Source of the DNA: Candidatus Cloacimonadota bacterium
GTDB taxonomy: Bacteria > Cloacimonadota > Cloacimonadia > Cloacimonadales > TCS61
Reading direction: 5' to 3'
Assembly (NCBI GenBank): GCA_030600585.1
Contig: JAUVLU010000004.1
Span: 19,016 to 83,015, forward strand
DNA length: 64,000 nt
Below the pieces are notes generated by a model, which was given only the letters and a program-made list of their open reading frames with translations, was not told the DNA's origin and searched no databases. The position numbers and the translations under genes are program-made. Below, one piece after another: positions 46,783-55,136 of this stretch (positions within the stretch are counted from its first letter, which is position 1; each line of letters begins with the position of its first letter).

Positions 46783-46913
46783 TTCTGCTAACAAACGTGT
46801 CAGCGGGTTAGCTGGTCGGTGTTCTTTGGCTGAATCGTTTCGATTCAGGTTTGGTCGGTTTGTTCGGTCGTGATCGTTCCGATCCCGCCGCACACGCCAA
46901 ACATTATGTGAAA
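46783..46913 (+). repeat. attC-like structured repeat (about 130 bp)
   Basis: TGCTAAC (46786-46792), 3-4-nt spacer, cgtgtcagcggg (46796-46807), central perfect hairpin ctgaatcg-ttt-cgattcag (46830-46848), cccgccgcacacg (46884-46896, pairs with 46796-46807 leaving one extra base), spacer ccaaac, then ATTATGTG (46903-46910). Confidence 0.55.
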
Positions 46914-46920
46914 AGGAGGT

Positions 46921-47955
46921 TGTATCGAGAATTATTTAATTATAAAATATGTTAATAAATTAAGAAATAACCTTTTATTCAAAGAGTGTTTTTTTCCAAC
47001 TAATGAGTGTAACAAAATTGGAAAAGCACATTCAATCCAAAATAATAGATTTCTTATAAAACTAATACAAAATCGTGATGATAAAATTCTATCATTTAAC
47101 AACAAAGAATCATTTTGTGAAACAGGTTATACTCTTGCTGAAATTGGTAGGAAAAAAGCTTCAACTTTTACCGGATTTTGTAATTATCACGACACAATAC
47201 TTTTTACTCCAATTGAATTATATGACTATAAAACTAATAATAAGCAACAAGAGTTTCTATTTTCTTATAGATGTTTAGCTTGGTTTTATTACAATAAAAA
47301 AATGGAATCTCTTATGAATAACAAATATTATGAAATATTCAAATTGAAGGAAAAAGACCATTTACAAAATATTTTTAATATTTATCAACCATATAATGAA
47401 TTTAAAATGTCTAAAATTGCTGATTCATTTAAAACTAAATATCAGCTTGCTTCTATAACTGTAAATGAATTAACTGAATTTAAAGAAATTATGAATACAA
47501 ATTTAAAGAGTAAGAATTACGATTCAATTTCTACAAAAGTTTTAATATTCCAGAATGAAACTCCAATATGTGCGACATCAGTTATTTACTTAAAAAGAGA
47601 TTTAGAGGGAAACTTGATTAATGATTATTTAGATTTTAGCAAAAAATTAGAACCAATCTTTTTTAGTGTATTTCCTCAAGCAGGGAAAACATATGTTTTA
47701 TTAAGTTATTTCACTGAAACAAAAAATACATTTTCATTTTTATACAATCAATTTGGAAAATTGACACTAAAACATCAGAAGGTATTAATCACGAGTTTAA
47801 TATTTTCATATATTGAAAATTTTTACACTTCAAACCAATATTGGAAATCAAAGAAGCAAAATTTAAGGAATATATTAACTTCACTATTTAATGAAACTTT
47901 AGAGGAAGCAAATGAGGAACTTGAACTGAATGAAAATGTTAACTACTTTAAATAA
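46921..47955 (+). CDS. hypothetical Cys-rich protein (cassette 2); start codon unresolved
   Basis: The track ORF 47302-47955 is only the distal part. The same frame is open for 130 further codons back to TGA 46909-46911 (…ECFFPTNECNKIGKAHSIQNNRFL…ASTFTGFCNYHDTILFTPIE…) with no ATG/GTG/TTG. AAGGAGG lies at 46913-46919. Confidence 0.55.
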   Translation, partial: CIENYLIIKYVNKLRNNLLFKECFFPTNECNKIGKAHSIQNNRFLIKLIQNRDDKILSFNNKESFCETGYTLAEIGRKKASTFTGFCNYHDTILFTPIELYDYKTNNKQQEFLFSYRCLAWFYYNKKMESLMNNKYYEIFKLKEKDHLQNIFNIYQPYNEFKMSKIADSFKTKYQLASITVNELTEFKEIMNTNLKSKNYDSISTKVLIFQNETPICATSVIYLKRDLEGNLINDYLDFSKKLEPIFFSVFPQAGKTYVLLSYFTETKNTFSFLYNQFGKLTLKHQKVLITSLIFSYIENFYTSNQYWKSKKQNLRNILTSLFNETLEEANEELELNENVNYFK

Positions 47956-48020
47956 TTTTTTCACATAGCTTGTTATTTTAATCCTATCCCGCCAAACACG
48001 CAGAACATTTTTGTGAAATT
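47956..48020 (+). repeat. short attC-like repeat (left arm degenerate)
   Basis: ttttcacata (47958-47967) ... cccgccaaacacgc (47988-48001) agaac ATTTTTGTGAAA (48007-48018). The right half aligns with 46884-46913. Confidence 0.45.
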
Positions 48021-48038
48021 TATTAGTAAGGAATAGCA

Positions 48039-49079
48039 ATGTATGATGAAAATGTAGAAGAAATGTTATCAGAATTGATAAATACTTTTGGAGTAAGAGA
48101 ACCTGTTAAAAGTGATTTAATTGCTATAAATATTAAAATGGGTAGAATCGAAAAGGCAGTAAATATGATTGTTAATATATTTAACTTACCTATTAACATT
48201 AATATTATTCGAGTTTCAAGAGATTCATTAAACAATTCAAGAAATTCACCAATAAGCTTTTTGGGTTTCAACAATTTGATTGCTCAAGTCCAAATTCCAA
48301 ACGATTTACCCATATTCGGTTCATCAACGTTAAACGGTTACCCAATAAATATAAAAGTCAGTCAAATTAACAAATCAAATCCAGATATATTTATTATGAT
48401 AATGGCTCACGAAATTTCGCATATTCTGCTTTACTCGCTACGTCACCTTCAAAAAACAAATGAAATCTATACTGATATCATTGCAATCTTGTTTGGGTTT
48501 CAAAATATTTTTAAAAAAGCACGAAAAATAATAACAACTTCTTTTGAGCAAGGACTAATAAGTTCTACAACAAAAACTAACACAACTACTTACGGATATT
48601 TAACTGATGCTCAATTTAATTCGGTTCTTGATAGAATTAAATCAGAATTGATTATAAACAGGAAAAACAAATCATCTTTACATAACAAACTCAAAGAAAG
48701 TCAAAAACAAATCTGCACATATAAAAGAATGATTACAAAATTCAAAAAAGGGCTAACTATTTTGACAAAAAACTTAAAGACTAACATATCCGAATTTGAT
48801 GGAAAAAGAATTTCTGTTTTTTATCAGCCAGGATTCATTGATAATATTGAAACACCACTTCAAAATCAAAAAAAAATAGAATTGATAGCAAACTTCAAGC
48901 AAGATTTAGTTCATTATAATTCACATAATTTGGATCAGTTGAACTGTTATTTAAAATATCTATTAGAGTTAAACATTGACATAAAGAATTTAATATCTTC
49001 CGTTCACAAAGATATAAAATTAATGAGTAAAAACATTGTACTTAAAAGGAGAATCATTTTTGGATTATTTAATAAATGA
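48039..49079 (+). CDS. hypothetical HExxH zinc-metallopeptidase-like protein with coiled-coil C-terminal half (cassette 3)
   Basis: 346 aa. IMIMAHEISHILLY...NEIYTDIIAILFGF (HExxH plus a downstream Glu). The C-terminal roughly 170 aa are K/N/L-rich and helical. Confidence 0.7.
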   Translation: MYDENVEEMLSELINTFGVREPVKSDLIAINIKMGRIEKAVNMIVNIFNLPININIIRVSRDSLNNSRNSPISFLGFNNLIAQVQIPNDLPIFGSSTLNGYPINIKVSQINKSNPDIFIMIMAHEISHILLYSLRHLQKTNEIYTDIIAILFGFQNIFKKARKIITTSFEQGLISSTTKTNTTTYGYLTDAQFNSVLDRIKSELIINRKNKSSLHNKLKESQKQICTYKRMITKFKKGLTILTKNLKTNISEFDGKRISVFYQPGFIDNIETPLQNQKKIELIANFKQDLVHYNSHNLDQLNCYLKYLLELNIDIKNLISSVHKDIKLMSKNIVLKRRIIFGLFNK

Positions 49080-49092
49080 ATATTTTGAAAGA

Positions 49093-49175
49093 AAATTTCA
49101 CATAACAAACAGCTCAGTGCTAAGATTGAGAGAAGATATGAAAGAGCACCGCAGCTGCCAACCATTATACACAAG
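49093..49175 (+). repeat. attC-like structured repeat (about 83 bp)
   Basis: ACATAAC (49100-49106), spacer aaa, cagctcagtgc (49110-49120), cagctgcggtgc complement at 49146-49157 with one extra base, spacer ccaacc, then ATTATACAC (49164-49172). Confidence 0.55.
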
Positions 49176-49258
49176 AAGGAATTAAAGCTTTACAGTAATA
49201 TAAGAATACCAACATTTGACACCAGAAGCTAAAAGGAGTCTATCGTTGGAGGTGAGAC

Positions 49259-50023
49259 TTGAGGAATTATAAGGAAGAAATCATAAAAAAGATTGGAGAA
49301 TATTTCTCTACTGAACAAACATTTACTCGCAAAGAGTTGTATGATTTCCTGGAGTTAAATTTCTTCCCAAATCTAAAAGAAACAACTTTTCGTTGGCGAA
49401 TATACGAATTAAAGAAAACAAACATAATTGTTTCTGTAACAAGAGGTATATTTAAACTATCTGACAACAAAGAATTGTTTGTGCCAAGCATTAATAATAA
49501 GCTTTCTAAAATCAGCAATTTGCTACAAAAGAATTTTAACTCAATATCTTATTGTCTTTGGAGTTCAAATTGGCTTAATGACTTTTCCAGGCATCAAGCT
49601 ACAAATGAAATAGTATTTGTAGAAGTAGAAAAAGAATTAGTAAATTCTGTTTTCAATTTGTTAATAGATAATAATTTTAAAAATGTTTACATAGAGCCCG
49701 ATAAATTCGTCACGGAAACTTATGTCTCTGAAAATCAAATCTCAATTATTGTAAAATCTCTGATAACCAAATCACCAACACAACCAGTGAAAAATACTAT
49801 TGTTCCGAAATTAGAAAAAATATTGGTCGATCTATTCTCAGACAATAAATATCTCGTTGCTTACAAAGGATATGAGCAAAAGGTCATCTTCAAAAATGCG
49901 TTTGATAAATATCAGTTAAATCTTTCCAGCTTAATTAATTATAGTCGCAGAAGAAAAAAAGACAAACTTATCACGGGTTTTTTGATTACTGAAATAAATA
50001 TTGATGAGAAACTATTGAGATGA
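49259..50023 (+). CDS. abiEi: AbiEi-like antitoxin / transcriptional regulator (type IV TA)
   Basis: 254 aa, TTG start. N-terminal winged-helix-like FTRKELYDFLE...TFRWRIYELKKTNIIVSVTRGIFKL. 4-nt ATGA overlap with the AbiEii gene. Confidence 0.6.
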   Translation: MRNYKEEIIKKIGEYFSTEQTFTRKELYDFLELNFFPNLKETTFRWRIYELKKTNIIVSVTRGIFKLSDNKELFVPSINNKLSKISNLLQKNFNSISYCLWSSNWLNDFSRHQATNEIVFVEVEKELVNSVFNLLIDNNFKNVYIEPDKFVTETYVSENQISIIVKSLITKSPTQPVKNTIVPKLEKILVDLFSDNKYLVAYKGYEQKVIFKNAFDKYQLNLSSLINYSRRRKKDKLITGFLITEINIDEKLLR

Positions 50024-51090
50024 TTAAAACAAGCTCTTATAAGTCAGACTGGATAACAAAACTCAGAAACAAAAAGCGAAAGATAGATCCGATATTATGC
50101 GAGAAGATGATAAGAGCTTTAGGACTTTTGGAGCAATTAGTGATCAGCAATCTGCAATTTGTTTTTAAAGGTGGAACTTCATTGATCTTACTCGTAAAGA
50201 AACCGCAAAGGTTCTCGATCGATATTGATATTAATACGGAAGATTCAAAAGAAAAATTATTAAACATTCTTGAAACAATATGTTCAAATGATTTATTTAA
50301 GCGATTTGAAGAAAATAAAAGAACGAACAGAGGTATCCCAAAAGCTCATTTTAAATTTTATTATGATTCTGTTATAAACGGACGAGAAAATTATATTTTG
50401 CTCGATGTGCTTTTTGACAAACATTCATATCCTATAGTAATTGAAACTCCAATTAAATCTTTCTGGATTGATACTGATGACAATATTACAAAAGTAAATA
50501 CTCCTTCGATTGATTCTATTCTCGGTGATAAACTTACTGTTTTTGCTCCAAATACAACTGGCATTAAATACGAAATCGGTAAATCTATGGAGATGATGAA
50601 ACAGCTTTTTGATATTGGTAGATTGTTCGATCATTTTGAAGATATAGAAGTTGTAGCTACTTCTTTCAAAAATATCGCAAAGAATGAATTAGAATATAGA
50701 GAATCTGCTGATACTACTGATGATGTTTTGCAGGATATTATTGATACAAGTTTGATAGTTTCACAATTTCCTGGTGGAACTAAATCTGATTCTCCTGAAC
50801 TTATTGAGTTGATTGACGGATTAAAACGATTTAAAGCATTTCCGATAGATTTTGCATTCAGAGCAGATGATGCAATTCTTTCTGCTGCAAAAGCTGCTTA
50901 TCTAGCTGCAAATTTTTTGAATAAGGATTTCGCCATAATTGAGAAATTTTCAAATAACGTAAAATATAATGAACCCAACTTTACTGATAACTATGAACAT
51001 CTTAAAAAGTTAAAGAAAAGAAAAATTGAAGCTTATTATTATTGGTGCAAGGTATTTGACTTATTAATATTTGATAAAAGATCTAAGTAA
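50020..51090 (+). CDS. abiEii: nucleotidyltransferase AbiEii/AbiGii toxin family protein
   Basis: 356 aa. FVFKGGTSLILLVKKPQRFSIDIDI is the AbiEii (DUF1814) nucleotidyltransferase motif. Confidence 0.75.
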   Translation: MIKTSSYKSDWITKLRNKKRKIDPILCEKMIRALGLLEQLVISNLQFVFKGGTSLILLVKKPQRFSIDIDINTEDSKEKLLNILETICSNDLFKRFEENKRTNRGIPKAHFKFYYDSVINGRENYILLDVLFDKHSYPIVIETPIKSFWIDTDDNITKVNTPSIDSILGDKLTVFAPNTTGIKYEIGKSMEMMKQLFDIGRLFDHFEDIEVVATSFKNIAKNELEYRESADTTDDVLQDIIDTSLIVSQFPGGTKSDSPELIELIDGLKRFKAFPIDFAFRADDAILSAAKAAYLAANFLNKDFAIIEKFSNNVKYNEPNFTDNYEHLKKLKKRKIEAYYYWCKVFDLLIFDKRSK

Positions 51091-51283
51091 AAAATGAAAA
51101 TAGTTCTTTTAAATAAATAGTGTGGGCTTAATTTTATTTGATGGGAAACCTGGATTAATGAAAATCCTATCCATAACTTATTGTGTTGCAACGAAATCCT
51201 TATTTGATAGTTATTTGATAGAAGAATGAAAATGAGAGATTTAGAAACTAACAAAGAGAGTTTTTCATATTCTTAACTAATAT

Positions 51284-52057
51284 CTATTTAGTAATTCCTC
51301 TATCAGAGTCATCTATGAAATCGAGGAATATTTTTTGTTCCTTTGTGAGATTCGGTATCTGTAATGCTTTTTCCATTGCCTGGCTTGTATTTAATTCGGA
51401 TCTATAAAACAATTTATAAACATCTTTTATAGATTTAATAGATTCTTTAGAGAATCCGCGTCTTTGGAGTCCAACACTGTTCAATCCCATTAGTTTATAT
51501 GGAGATCCTTCTCCGCGTGTGTATGGCGGAATATCTTTTTTAATGCCGGATTTCCCGCCGATGAATGCATAAGTTCCAATTTTTACAAATTGATGAATAG
51601 CAACCATGCCGCCGATTATCACGTTATCTTGAACATGAATATGACCGGCGAAATTAACAGCATTGGCAATAATGAGATTATTACCGAGAATACAATTATG
51701 AGCAACATGAGAATAAGCCATGAAAAGACTGTTATCACCGATCTGTGTAGGTTCATCCATTGTTGCAGATTTATTAATTGTACAGAATTCCCGGAAAGTA
51801 TTATTATTCCCGATTATCAATTGTGTCGGCTCACCTTTATATTTCAAATCCTGAGAATCTGTTCCAATAACTGCTGAATGAAAAAACTTGTTGCTGTTTC
51901 CAATTGTAGTGTGTCCATCGATAATAACACTGGAAACAAGCTCATTATCATCACCCAATTTTACGTTTTCATGGATAATACAAAAAGGTCCGATAACACA
52001 ATTTTTACCAATTACAGCTTTTGGATCTACAATTGCGGTTGGATGTATTTTCGTCAT
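51284..52057 (-). CDS. lpxA: acyl-ACP--UDP-N-acetylglucosamine O-acyltransferase
   Basis: 257 aa. MTKIHPTAIVDPKAVIG, hexapeptide repeats, and a C-terminal helical domain containing GLQRRGFS. Confidence 0.9.
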   Translation of the reverse strand: MTKIHPTAIVDPKAVIGKNCVIGPFCIIHENVKLGDDNELVSSVIIDGHTTIGNSNKFFHSAVIGTDSQDLKYKGEPTQLIIGNNNTFREFCTINKSATMDEPTQIGDNSLFMAYSHVAHNCILGNNLIIANAVNFAGHIHVQDNVIIGGMVAIHQFVKIGTYAFIGGKSGIKKDIPPYTRGEGSPYKLMGLNSVGLQRRGFSKESIKSIKDVYKLFYRSELNTSQAMEKALQIPNLTKEQKIFLDFIDDSDRGITK

Positions 52058-52076
52058 AAATTATCCTTAATATAAA

Positions 52077-53468
52077 CTATTTCTTCATAACTTTAGCTAG
52101 GAAGTCACCTTCACAGACTTTTGTATTTCCCACATACGTATCACCGTGCATTTTAGCTAATCCACGCTTCATAGATATTACTTTAAGTTCAAACCGCAAT
52201 GTATCTCCCGGGCTAACAGGTTTGCGGAATTTTACATTATTTATTGAAGCAAAATAAGCAACGTATTTTTCGGGATCATCAAGAGCATTAAGCAGCATGA
52301 TACCACCGGTTTGAGCCATCGCTTCCACAATGAGAACTCCGGGCATTACCGGATGTTCCGGAAAATGACCGTTAAAGAATGGTTCATTGATTGTTACGTT
52401 CTTCATGCCGACTATACGTTCTCCGGCTTCAAATTCGATTATTTTATCGATCATCAGGAAAGGATATCTGTGCGGAAGGATCTTCTGGATAGCCGTTATA
52501 TCAAATACAACTTCCGATAATTTCTTCTCTTGATATATCTTTTGCAATACCTGTTTCTTATGAAGTTTGCGTAGTTTCTTCACCAGTTCAACATTAGTTT
52601 TATGACCAGATCTGGCAGCCAGGAAATGTCCTTTTATTGGAACTCCCAAAAGTGCGATGTCGCCGATAAGATCTACAACTTTATGACGAACAAATTCATT
52701 ATAATATCGCAAAGGCGTGTGGTTCAATAATCCATCGGAACCAACATGAATTTCTTCGTGATAATCGAATATTTCTCTTAAGCGTTTTATCTCTTCTTTT
52801 GCTGTATCCGGGTTAGCTACGACCAAAGCATTTTCCAAAGAACCGCCTTTGATAAGTCCAGCTTCTTTTAACATAATTATTTCATGCAGGAAACAGAAGG
52901 TTCTGGCAGAGGCAAAATCTTTTTCGAAATCATCGAGCGTCTGCATAGTTGTATATTGTGTACCCAATGCTTTCTGCTGGTAGTCAACCATGAAAGTAAT
53001 TTTAAGATCATCAGAAGGCATGATAACAATGTCCACATTATCGGCAGGAGCGGAAAAAGAAAGAGGTTTCTCAATTTCAAGATATTCACGTTCGGCATCT
53101 TGCTCTACGATTCCAACCTTTTTCAAAAGTTCCAAATATACAATTGCGCTACCATCTGCAACCGGCACTTCAGGTCCATCAACTTCAATGCGGATGTTAT
53201 CGATATTGATTCCTTTAATAGCAGCAAGAACATGCTCGATCGTTGCAACCGTAGCTTTTCCTACACCAATTGTCGTACCTCTGGAAATATCAATTACATG
53301 ATCGATATCAGCAGGAATTTCCGGATTGCCTTCCAAGTCGGTTCGGATGAAAACAATTCCTTCATCCTTCCCCGCAGGTTTAAATGTTATGGTAGAAACA
53401 TGACCGGAATGAAGTCCAATGCCATTATAACTGATCGAACCTTTTATGGTTTTTTTAAATTCTTTCAT
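52077..53468 (-). CDS. lpxC/fabZ: bifunctional UDP-3-O-acyl-GlcNAc deacetylase / 3-hydroxyacyl-ACP dehydratase (LpxC-FabZ fusion)
   Basis: 463 aa. LpxC N-terminal part ([29 protein letters not shown]) is fused to FabZ ([36 protein letters not shown]). Confidence 0.9.
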   Translation of the reverse strand: MKEFKKTIKGSISYNGIGLHSGHVSTITFKPAGKDEGIVFIRTDLEGNPEIPADIDHVIDISRGTTIGVGKATVATIEHVLAAIKGINIDNIRIEVDGPEVPVADGSAIVYLELLKKVGIVEQDAEREYLEIEKPLSFSAPADNVDIVIMPSDDLKITFMVDYQQKALGTQYTTMQTLDDFEKDFASARTFCFLHEIIMLKEAGLIKGGSLENALVVANPDTAKEEIKRLREIFDYHEEIHVGSDGLLNHTPLRYYNEFVRHKVVDLIGDIALLGVPIKGHFLAARSGHKTNVELVKKLRKLHKKQVLQKIYQEKKLSEVVFDITAIQKILPHRYPFLMIDKIIEFEAGERIVGMKNVTINEPFFNGHFPEHPVMPGVLIVEAMAQTGGIMLLNALDDPEKYVAYFASINNVKFRKPVSPGDTLRFELKVISMKRGLAKMHGDTYVGNTKVCEGDFLAKVMKK

Positions 53469-54511
53469 TTTTTATCCTTTGCTTTCTGACGTTTTCTATA
53501 TTCTTTCACGACTTCCGGTAAATATTTTTCGGAAACCATTATTCTTTTTTGAAGTCCTGCTTCTATGGCAGGTGAACCAAATAATTTAGCATCTTTTGGA
53601 ACATCATTAGTTACTCCGGATTGTGCTCCGATCATTGCTCCGTCATCGATTTTAAGGTGACCGGCTACTCCAACCTGTCCCGCAAGATATACAGTTTTTC
53701 CAATTTCAGTACTTCCGGCAAGTCCGGTTTGAGCACAAAGAATTGAATTTTCATCGATCTTGCAATTATGCCCGACCTGAACCAGATTATCAATTTTAGT
53801 GCCTTTACCAATTATTGTAGAACCTAAAGTTGCGCGGTCGATTGCAGAATTAGCTCCAATTTCAACATCATCTTCAATGATCACATTCCCAACCTGAGGG
53901 ATTTTGTTGTGAATTCCATTATGGAATATATAGCCGAATCCATCTGCGCCAATAACGCAACCGGCATGAATAATAATATTATTCTTTAAAACACAATCCT
54001 CATAGATAGTTGTATTAGGAAAAATGTGACAGTTCTTACCGATTCTTACATCATCCTGAATAACGCAGTTGCTTTCGATGATAGTGTCATCACCAATATT
54101 CACGTTCTCGCCGATCACACAGTTACTTCCCAAAACGATATTTTTCCCAAGAAAAGCTGAACTTGCGATCTTTGCAGAATTATCGATTCGACTTTTTTTC
54201 ATTTTAGGGTTATCGAGATTGAGCCATGTTCGCACAAGCATCACAAAATGAATATATGGTTTATCAATTAATAGAAGATTTGCATTTGGTTTTAGGCTTT
54301 TATCAAAATCTTTTGAAACAAAGATCAATCCCGCTTTTGTTTCCCTGAGTGCATCCATAAATTTGGGATTCTCAAAAAAACAAACAGAATGTTCGTTAGC
54401 TTCATGAAGCTCAGTTACATTATTCAACTTAACCTTTTTAGTGAAGTTAGTTGTGCAATCAAGCTTGGAAGCTATCTTTTTTGGAGTGAGCGGGAAATTG
54501 AATTTCTTCAT
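53465..54511 (-). CDS. lpxD: UDP-3-O-(3-hydroxymyristoyl)glucosamine N-acyltransferase
   Basis: 348 aa. N-terminal LpxD domain and long hexapeptide left-handed beta-helix. Operon position lies between skp and lpxC/fabZ. Confidence 0.9.
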   Translation of the reverse strand: MKKFNFPLTPKKIASKLDCTTNFTKKVKLNNVTELHEANEHSVCFFENPKFMDALRETKAGLIFVSKDFDKSLKPNANLLLIDKPYIHFVMLVRTWLNLDNPKMKKSRIDNSAKIASSAFLGKNIVLGSNCVIGENVNIGDDTIIESNCVIQDDVRIGKNCHIFPNTTIYEDCVLKNNIIIHAGCVIGADGFGYIFHNGIHNKIPQVGNVIIEDDVEIGANSAIDRATLGSTIIGKGTKIDNLVQVGHNCKIDENSILCAQTGLAGSTEIGKTVYLAGQVGVAGHLKIDDGAMIGAQSGVTNDVPKDAKLFGSPAIEAGLQKRIMVSEKYLPEVVKEYRKRQKAKDKK

Positions 54512-55033
54512 TTATTCTACAGATTTTTCCATTTCGTCTAAGATAACATCTGTGATATCAAGACTTGGCTTTGCATAAAGTATGCTGCCTGCAGAAGCAT
54601 CGAGAATGAGAGAATAATTATTTTCTACAGATACTTTTTCAATAATTGTTTTTAATTTATTCAGGATCGGTGCAAGAAGTTCATTTTGTTTTTGTACAAA
54701 TTTTCCATTCTCACCAAAGAGCTCTTGAACTCTTGCCTGACGTGACTCGGACATGGTCATGATCTTTGTTTCTGCTTCCTGTTTACCGGATTCGGTCAAG
54801 ATCATTTTCTTGCTTTCATAATCGGCATAGAGTTGTTCGATCTCAGCATCGATATCTGCAATTTCCTGCTCCCATTTCTGACGCTCACCCATCAAAATTG
54901 TTTGTGCTTCCTGAGTTTCAGGACTTGTCATCATGATCCTGTCCGTATCGATGTAAGCGATTTTCTCAGCTTCAGCAAATACTATTGTCGTTAAAATTAC
55001 CGCTAAAACTATTGTTAATACTATTTTTTTCAT
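54512..55033 (-). CDS. skp: OmpH/Skp-family periplasmic chaperone
   Basis: ATG 55033 follows GGAGGAG and gives the signal MKKIVLTIVLAVILTTIVFA. Coiled-coil Q/E/K-rich body. Classic skp-lpxD synteny. Confidence 0.75.
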   Translation of the reverse strand: MKKIVLTIVLAVILTTIVFAEAEKIAYIDTDRIMMTSPETQEAQTILMGERQKWEQEIADIDAEIEQLYADYESKKMILTESGKQEAETKIMTMSESRQARVQELFGENGKFVQKQNELLAPILNKLKTIIEKVSVENNYSLILDASAGSILYAKPSLDITDVILDEMEKSVE

Positions 55034-55136
55034 TTTCTCCTCCATTTTTTTTATATTAGATTATTGCCTTTTCTATGAATTAATATTTAAAGTCAAATAA
55101 AAAGTTCATAATCGGAACTGAATAATAGACTTAATT

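Larger units (their letters stand above)
45112..51283 (+). mobile_element. integron-like cassette array (CALIN-type, integrase decayed) inserted between secF and lpxA
   Basis: Six co-oriented ORFs, visibly more AT-rich than the flanks. The spacers carry one family of structured attC-like repeats. The first bases of each unit are complementary to a word just after that unit's last stop codon (12/13, 10/12, 10/10 and 9/10). See findings. Confidence 0.55.

Noticed and set aside
46906-46911. ATG followed by an in-frame TGA at the head of the long open frame: stop-codon recoding (TGA as sense or Sec)?
   Set aside because: TGA clearly terminates well-supported genes in this window (10736, 13829, 16509, 41139, 46753, 49077). 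The ATGTGA hexamer is part of the conserved repeat core (compare TTGTGAAA at 48011-48018). No SECIS-like context was seen.
47075-47278. 67-aa ORF from the track
   Set aside because: It is out of frame with, and completely inside, the 345-codon open frame 46921-47955, which has protein-like composition.
44900-51283. Prophage or ICE remnant as an alternative explanation for the island
   Set aside because: There are no capsid, terminase, portal, tail, replication or conjugation genes. There are no long direct att repeats at the ends. The internal modular repeats with unit-specific end complementarity fit a cassette array better. The integron interpretation still needs a covariance-model test.
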